A stretch of DNA of 52,994 bases, counting the filler, from Dimargaris cristalligena (Eukaryota), in NCBI GenBank assembly GCA_003614675.1. It is 2 parts of 2 records of this genome, joined end to end, with 100 filler letters (N's around TTAATTAATTAA, not from the genome) between each part and the next. Parts side by side here need not be neighbours in the genome. Positions count along the whole stretch, not along the records: positions 26,569 to 52,994 come from ML002541.1; 1 more part is not named here. One strand, written 5' to 3'. The notes beneath the pieces were generated by a model. That model was not told the DNA's origin and searched no databases. It worked only from the letters and a program-made list of their open reading frames with translations. The position numbers and the translations under genes are program-made. Position 1 is the stretch's first letter, and every line of letters begins with the position of its first letter. Positions 45,862 through 52,994 of the stretch are shown in pieces.

Positions 45862-48800
45862 AATGGAAATAGTGAGGGGTAGAACGGGGTAAGGGGTGGG
45901 TGTCGGGGTGTAAAAGGGAGTGGAATTGAAAAGAGCAAGTTAGGCGGGAAAGGAGAGGGGGGCAACGCCAGGGACACAGTGGTGCAAGGCGAGTGTAGTG
46001 TAAGTAAGTTCTGGAATAAGAGAATGGCAATAGAATAAAGGTAATATAGTTCGGAGAAAGGCGGGTGTGACTAAGCAAGGCGTATTTAAGTCACATTGGA
46101 TGGCAGGGAGCGGAGGGCCAACCCTATGCATACGGGGGAAACGGATGGGGAGAAAACGTCAGATGATTGATTAAACTACCTGAGCAAGGGGATATGATAC
46201 AGCTGTGGTTGCGACCACGCTCCTTGGCAAGGTCACTCGCATCCCCCACACTGCCGCGTAGTCTCCACTAGTAATGCCTATAAAAAGACCCTGAGTTGAC
46301 GGGGTGGTCGTTGCCCCCCACAGGAGAAGAGAAGGAGGCTTGGCTGGGCTGACACGGAGGTGACCAGCGTATGGGGCGATGAGGGGGGGGGGGGGTTGTA
46401 TATTGCGCAAAAGTAAGAGTGAGAAATCTTACTGCGTCTGTGCTCTTTTGGGCCGATTAATGCGCTCATCACCGGTTAACAATGACGATCGACCATCCCG
46501 GAATTGCGCGTTCGTATGGGACTGGTTTGCTGCACCCAGCCATCGCGGCGATGTACATCCGGGCGATTGATCGACCTGGTCTGGGCCCCCACTGCCTATT
46601 CGCCACCGAGCGTATCAGCGGTCTCTGCAATGGCTGTTTTGGCGACTTGGATTTCCAGTGGACTACCAACTTAATGGGGTTGGATGGGGCGAAGGAAAGG
46701 TGTGGCATCAGTGAAAAGAGGCGAGGGTACAGCCATTTCCATGACGAATTCATGGGGTTGTGATGTAAAAAACCTCAAACGTATTATCTATCATCTACAA
46801 TGGTTGGAAGCAACATAACAGAATACATTGGCCAAACACCCCAGATTAAAAGTTGACAATATCGCGTATATTACACATGGGCATGGTGGAGTAGTTTATG
46901 CCTCTAGAACAATATACCAGTCAGATATGGTGAGAATGGTAATACCTATGATACCAGTGACGTATATTCAAAATAAGCGGAGGGTCAGAGGGATTGGTTG
47001 CACACCACTATATATAGCTGGCAAATAAGGTTTTACAATTGGGACTGGGGTCGCCATTCTTTCATTCAGCCACAATGACCCTGACCGTAGGACCGGTGGG
47101 TGGGGATGGCGGACTGATTCATCATATGCCTAGTGCTCCGGATCCAAAGGGCCCCCGCTTTCTGGCCATAATTGCCTGTTGACAATGGTGAAAAACTCGC
47201 CACCCAAGTCGATGGATCGGTTTAATGAATTATAGGGATTGGGTGCTGACATAGAGGGTCATATTCATAGGAGAACCAGGGGTGACAAGTGGAGCCATTT
47301 TACAAACCAGCGGTATATCTCTTGGGTACAGTACAGACAAGGGCTTATCGGCACCACCTGCTGATGGGAACTCTACTGGATAACGGCAGTAACATCGTTA
47401 TATTATAGACCGAATCGCTCGGTTGCAATGACATCAATCCAGTCGTCAAGTTTACCAATATGGCGGATTGTTGGTTGAAACCCAGTGTAACACCCATGTA
47501 CTGGTACGCACAGTTGGTACAGCCATCCGGAAATATAAAATAGCCAGCCCTTCAAAGTCTTGGGCCAGATGCAGTGTGCCAATGTACGAGTCACGAGCGC
47601 ATTGCAACCCATGTGCTTCTAAAGCGCGCCATCAACGATGTGGGTAAAATGCCGGGCACTTCCAGAATGCCTCTAAAATGGGGATGCGTCTCGACGATTG
47701 ATCCTATATTGAAGACACGTCGTAACTATTGCATTTGATAATGAAATATGGATATCGAGCAGCGGCTCACTTAAATTGGCAGGACGGGTGCCTTTTATAA
47801 GAACGCCGTTGGTATTCAAGGAGAACTGCCTAAGTGGTATCAGGGAGGGAATTATATGTAAATATCCATATATTCCTCTCTATGCATATATGTTCAGCGA
47901 TCGGAAATTCCGGCTAATACATATCTGTTAATCAATGGTGTAATACGAATAGCAATACTAGTAGGGATGGTATCTGCAAAGGCCAGAAATATATTTTCTA
48001 AAAGTAGCAAATACTCACAAGTTTATTTGGGATGGAACATTTGCTAAAGTGGAACAAAGGTGCGGTAGGGGAGGGTACGCCCGCGTTGTTAGTTACCAAC
48101 CCCACATTCTGGTAGGGACGGGTATATGCTATTACCCGGGCATGCGCCATACTCAGACAAGATAAATGCGCATATACTATAGCCGCCGACCTAATTGAGA
48201 TGGTCGGCATGAATGGTATTTATTACCCTGAATGACGAAGGGAGACTGGTCTTATTGGCCTCTTTTAATCCCTATTCTACCGCAAATGCCTTAGGAGATA
48301 GTGTATTACAATAATCTATTTTCGGCTGTGTTTCCAAACCGTTTATTTATATTAGTAATTACTCAGGTAAGTTGGGCATACTAATAGCACAGGGTATATA
48401 GGTATAGGCTTAGCCGGGCATCCTGAAATAGCCACGGAATTAAATCGGTCGGCTTCGTAAAGACCATGCTTGGGGTGCAGTATATCCCCCCGGGCCAGCC
48501 AGCCACTCGGTGGGAAAGCATGGGAGTGAACCGACTCATATCCCGATGCCCTAAAAGGGCCAGTGTGGGTTTAATTTATCATTTGCAGCCGTATCCACAA
48601 TAACCGAAGGCTTCCATTATCGGCTCACTCTCTTTACTTACCAGGGTAGCCTCAATGTGTATGGATTGTCGCCTCCTTACCTCCCTTCACGCTCCCCCGG
48701 CTAGCTATATGGCTCTTGGTATTGGCGGGATAGGGGAGGGGGTTTACCATATCATTCATATTAGTCAAGTTTCTCTAAAGGGGGCACATAATCGGAACTA

Positions 48801-48880
48801 GGGAGGCACTGTTATTAGAATATGTGCACTGGGTTCGACTTTCGAACGCATTCCCCCTCACGGTATAGGTTGGTAGTAGT

Positions 48881-48883
<3 letters not shown>

Positions 48884-48930
<47 letters not shown>
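48884..48930. repeat. (GA)n microsatellite
   Basis: Perfect AG dinucleotide run of 47 nt. Shorter runs occur at ~23238-23262 (CA), ~23277-23294 (TA), ~37599-37618 (TA) and ~39874-39895 (GA). Confidence 0.95.
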
Positions 48931-48932
<2 letters not shown>

Positions 48933-51900
48933 TGTGTTATTCGACCACCTACTTGGCTTAACCAACCAACCACCGACAGTGGCAGTATACAAGAGGTCAC
49001 GCTGACTCATGATGACCCCTATCTCTTTCATCAGATTGGATGGTTTCAAAAATCCAGTGGTGGTGGTATATTACCCAAACATTGGAAAGGTGTTGCACCG
49101 GTGACCATTGCCGGTTACGAATAGGCAGGCGGCGCTGTTAATCTCCGTTTAAACGTCGCCGTGACCCTCTCGATCACTACCTACTGCGCGTTTCGCCAAA
49201 AGGCCATTTTCAAATGGTCAAAGGTCTCCAACTAACTGACTGTGGGTTATTGATTGGTCCGGATAATTACCCTTCTTTCGACTCCGTTTCTGCCCTCGTT
49301 CGACGTCAGTTGCTTCGAATATTTCCCCCTATTCTAGCTTGTTTTTGTTTTGGTTTGTTTTATAGGAATACGGAGGGGGGTATTTCTTTTCCTGGCCTTT
49401 TACTATTTTTGGGACTATGGCAAGGTCGAAGTACACCTAAAAAGGGGTTAGCAGGCACAGGTTATTGGGGCACAAACAGGCAGAGTGCACACCACCACGC
49501 CGCACGGCCGGTGGGGTTCATGCATAGCCCTTACTCCCACTCCCATGACACGGCAACCGGTGCAAGAGTATACACGTATACAGATCGGTCGGTGGATTCA
49601 GCCTGGTTCTCAGCAGACTTGGGTTGGCCACGCAGCACAATGGGTCTCAATACGGACCATTGAAGGTGGGAGAGTTGGAGACGAAGAGTGCGGTGAAATA
49701 GGAAGAGAAGCATGGGAATTCCCGGGGGTGTTCTTCAAATCCAGGGCATCCCCAGGACCCCATGGCCGATGATGGAGGGCATAATAAGCAGCCTCCCTTT
49801 AAATATAGGTAGGTTAGGTAGATGGCCTTTCTAGGCGTGGCGGTAATTGTTTATATTTCAACGGCTGGAGGGAAGCTGTCATTTCTAGTCAAGTGGCAAT
49901 ATGGTTAAATATACACTGCAATTACTCTTAAGAGGTGGAAGTAGAGCAAGTGACCATGCGGCCCACAACCCTCGCACTAGAATCCTGACGATTGACCACC
50001 GGGTATTTAAGGTATGGGATGTGCCGCCTATCGGCTCTACAAATCGGAGGGGGAGATGGAATCGTCCGTGGAACTATATCGCTGGACTGCAGAGTATAGA
50101 AAATATGGAAGAAACAAAAAGGGAGGAGGAGGGGGCTCGGTGATGGTCGGGGGTATCGAGGGTTGGGGGGGGAGGGATAAACATTATAGCGGGAAAGAAA
50201 AGGGGTAAGGGTTAGGTCACGCTTTAGTTTCATAACCAGCGATCTGGGAGTGTACAGTCCAACCAGACCAATATGTGCATTTTTATATTATTAATAATAT
50301 ATATATATATAGATAGATAGATTATAAAAGGACTTTTCATGCGCTTTTATTCACTTTGGTGCCATTCATTTCGTTTAATAGAAGGTCCTGCATATCCAGC
50401 CAGTCTAATTTGGCCCCTAAATGAGTCTATCCGGGCGAGTTGGTTACAGACCCAAGCCCCCCCCCTGGTCGGGAACGGCCTCCCAGTCCCATGGGTCCGA
50501 GTCCTTAACACTGATAGCGGGTCAGTGTCCCTTTATACCTTTCTGTTTTTCCTTCTTTCTTTCTGAACCCCCCAATACTTAAGGCTATTCTCGGGGGTCA
50601 ATGTAAAATAGGCGCAAATATGAGCTTTGTAAGTAAGACCGTCCGCAGCCCCAATTTCGGTGGATACGGGTGTGGGTGGGAGGCGGCAAGGGCGTAGAAA
50701 GAAAGCGATGGACGAGTTGGCCCCATGGTAATACTAGTGGTATTAGTCCTCCGACCGATCCGACTGGTGCTCAGCTATGTGTCGCTTTAGTAGTAGCATG
50801 GGTGTGACGGCTAATTAATTGGGCAACCACGGCGGGCTGTCTGATCGGTGGGATTAGTAATACGGGATGGAGTACAGAACCTTCGACTTGGACGAAGTGT
50901 AAGCCTGTGTAGTGTCCACGGCCGGAAGCCGCCGTTACTGCTTATCACACACTACACCCACCAACCATACACTATGCCTAATCGCAGTATCAGTCAGCTG
51001 TAGTTGGTGGCATTCTTTGCCCCCGTGCACACATGGTTTGTAATGAATGTGCCGCGGCGGCTTCTGGGTAGTAGAGGCCACTGTGGCTGACGAAGTAGTT
51101 GGGTTAGTAAGGGGAATGCGGGGGAAGGTAATGTGTGGGAGACGGGGATTAATAACGTCTATTCTATCTACACCAATATACACTTCATGATTCTTCTCCT
51201 CCTAGCCTGTTGTGCTCCATTGAGTGTGTGGAAGTCCTGGCTGTGGCTGGTGTGTGTGTGTGTGGAAAGGGGTTGTCCACACCGGTTAGCCCTGGCCATG
51301 CCGGAATGAGCCAGCCTGGCTAGTGGTAATTTGTAATCCCCTCCGGCTTGGCGCCGCAGCACATATAGACCCCCCCCCCATTTATAAAAAACACGCACCT
51401 TACCTATCTGTACCTATAGTAGTAACCCTTACTGGGAGGGGGGGGGGCGTTGGGGCTAAACCGATAGGCCCAGTGGTGTAGCCTAGCCAACAAAACTACC
51501 TTACGAGGCAGTTCGGTCGGTGGCGGATAGCTAATAGGCATAATAAATACACATTGGGCCAGCCACTTAGCTTGTTTGAGCAAAGTCCAGCTTATTGCAC
51601 CACCCCCCCAGGAAGAGGCCGCGGTATACGGTGGAGGTGAAACGATGTCAGTCAGTCTGACTGATTAGAAATAGCCAACTAGAAAAGAAAAGAGAATAGA
51701 ATCCAAATGGGGAGAGAGAGAAGGAAAAGGGAGGAGGGGGGTGGCGCCCTATTGTTGGCGAGGAAGCAGGCAGGGTGGATAATAATAGGCCCTAGTCAGC
51801 CTCTTAGATGCGACTGGCCACGCGCCACTTCTCCCCTCTATGTCACCACCACCACCCTCCACTGACCCACCCAACCCAACTCATAGCATAGCATATATCC

Positions 51901-52254
51901 CAGAGTGGGTGTATATTATTATATGCCAGTCTCCTCTCCCTTTTCATTGGGGGTCCCTGCCCCGCGTCACATCGCCTTCCCAATCATCGTGACCATCTTT
52001 CTTTCCTCTCCCCCTCAATAAATGCGCATACGCTTCGGCCTTTCCTTAGGATGTGATTGGATAGCACTATACCAACTCCTCGTCTCCCCTCTCGCAAACT
52101 ATAAATACTCAGGGCTCCGCCCCTCCTCCTTCCGGAAGTCCTATTTTACCTCCCTTGCTCTGGGTTCTCCTCTCTTCGTCTATTGTCTGCTTAGGTTTTC
52201 TTTCCTGTAGTTCCGCCTCTCTTTGACCAATTCTTCTTCCCCCTCCTTCTCTGA

Positions 52255-52994
<740 letters not shown>

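Overview
Eukaryotic (fungal) genomic DNA with GT-AG introns. Gene content (a TMEM94 homolog, ubiquitin variant with S22/Q28) suggests an early-diverging fungus, possibly Zoopagomycota; this is inference. The window is two contigs joined by an artificial 100-nt linker (44 N + TTAATTAATTAA + 44 N, 26469-26568). Contig A (1-26468) is bounded by a ~1.4 kb inverted repeat carrying two inward-facing LRR-like gene copies that break at the same base. Inside it lie SNF12/BAF60, a PPPDE-thioredoxin-PUL peptidase, a signal-peptide + F-box protein, a TMEM94/ERMA-like P-type ATPase relative, a secreted TPGYP-repeat/Cys-Asp protein, a DUF4140/DUF4139 protein and a RIM2-type mitochondrial carrier. Contig B (26569-52994) carries Hsp110 (SSE1), HAP5/NF-YC (with microexons and an apparent ~5.5 kb multi-exon, AUG-poor leader), RPL38, a five-RPEL protein and, at the very end, a di-ubiquitin fused in frame to a non-ribosomal Ser/Pro/Thr-rich extension. 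Best candidates for new biology: the possibly invertible 26 kb cassette, the di-ubiquitin fusion, the secreted F-box protein and the spliced leader upstream of HAP5.
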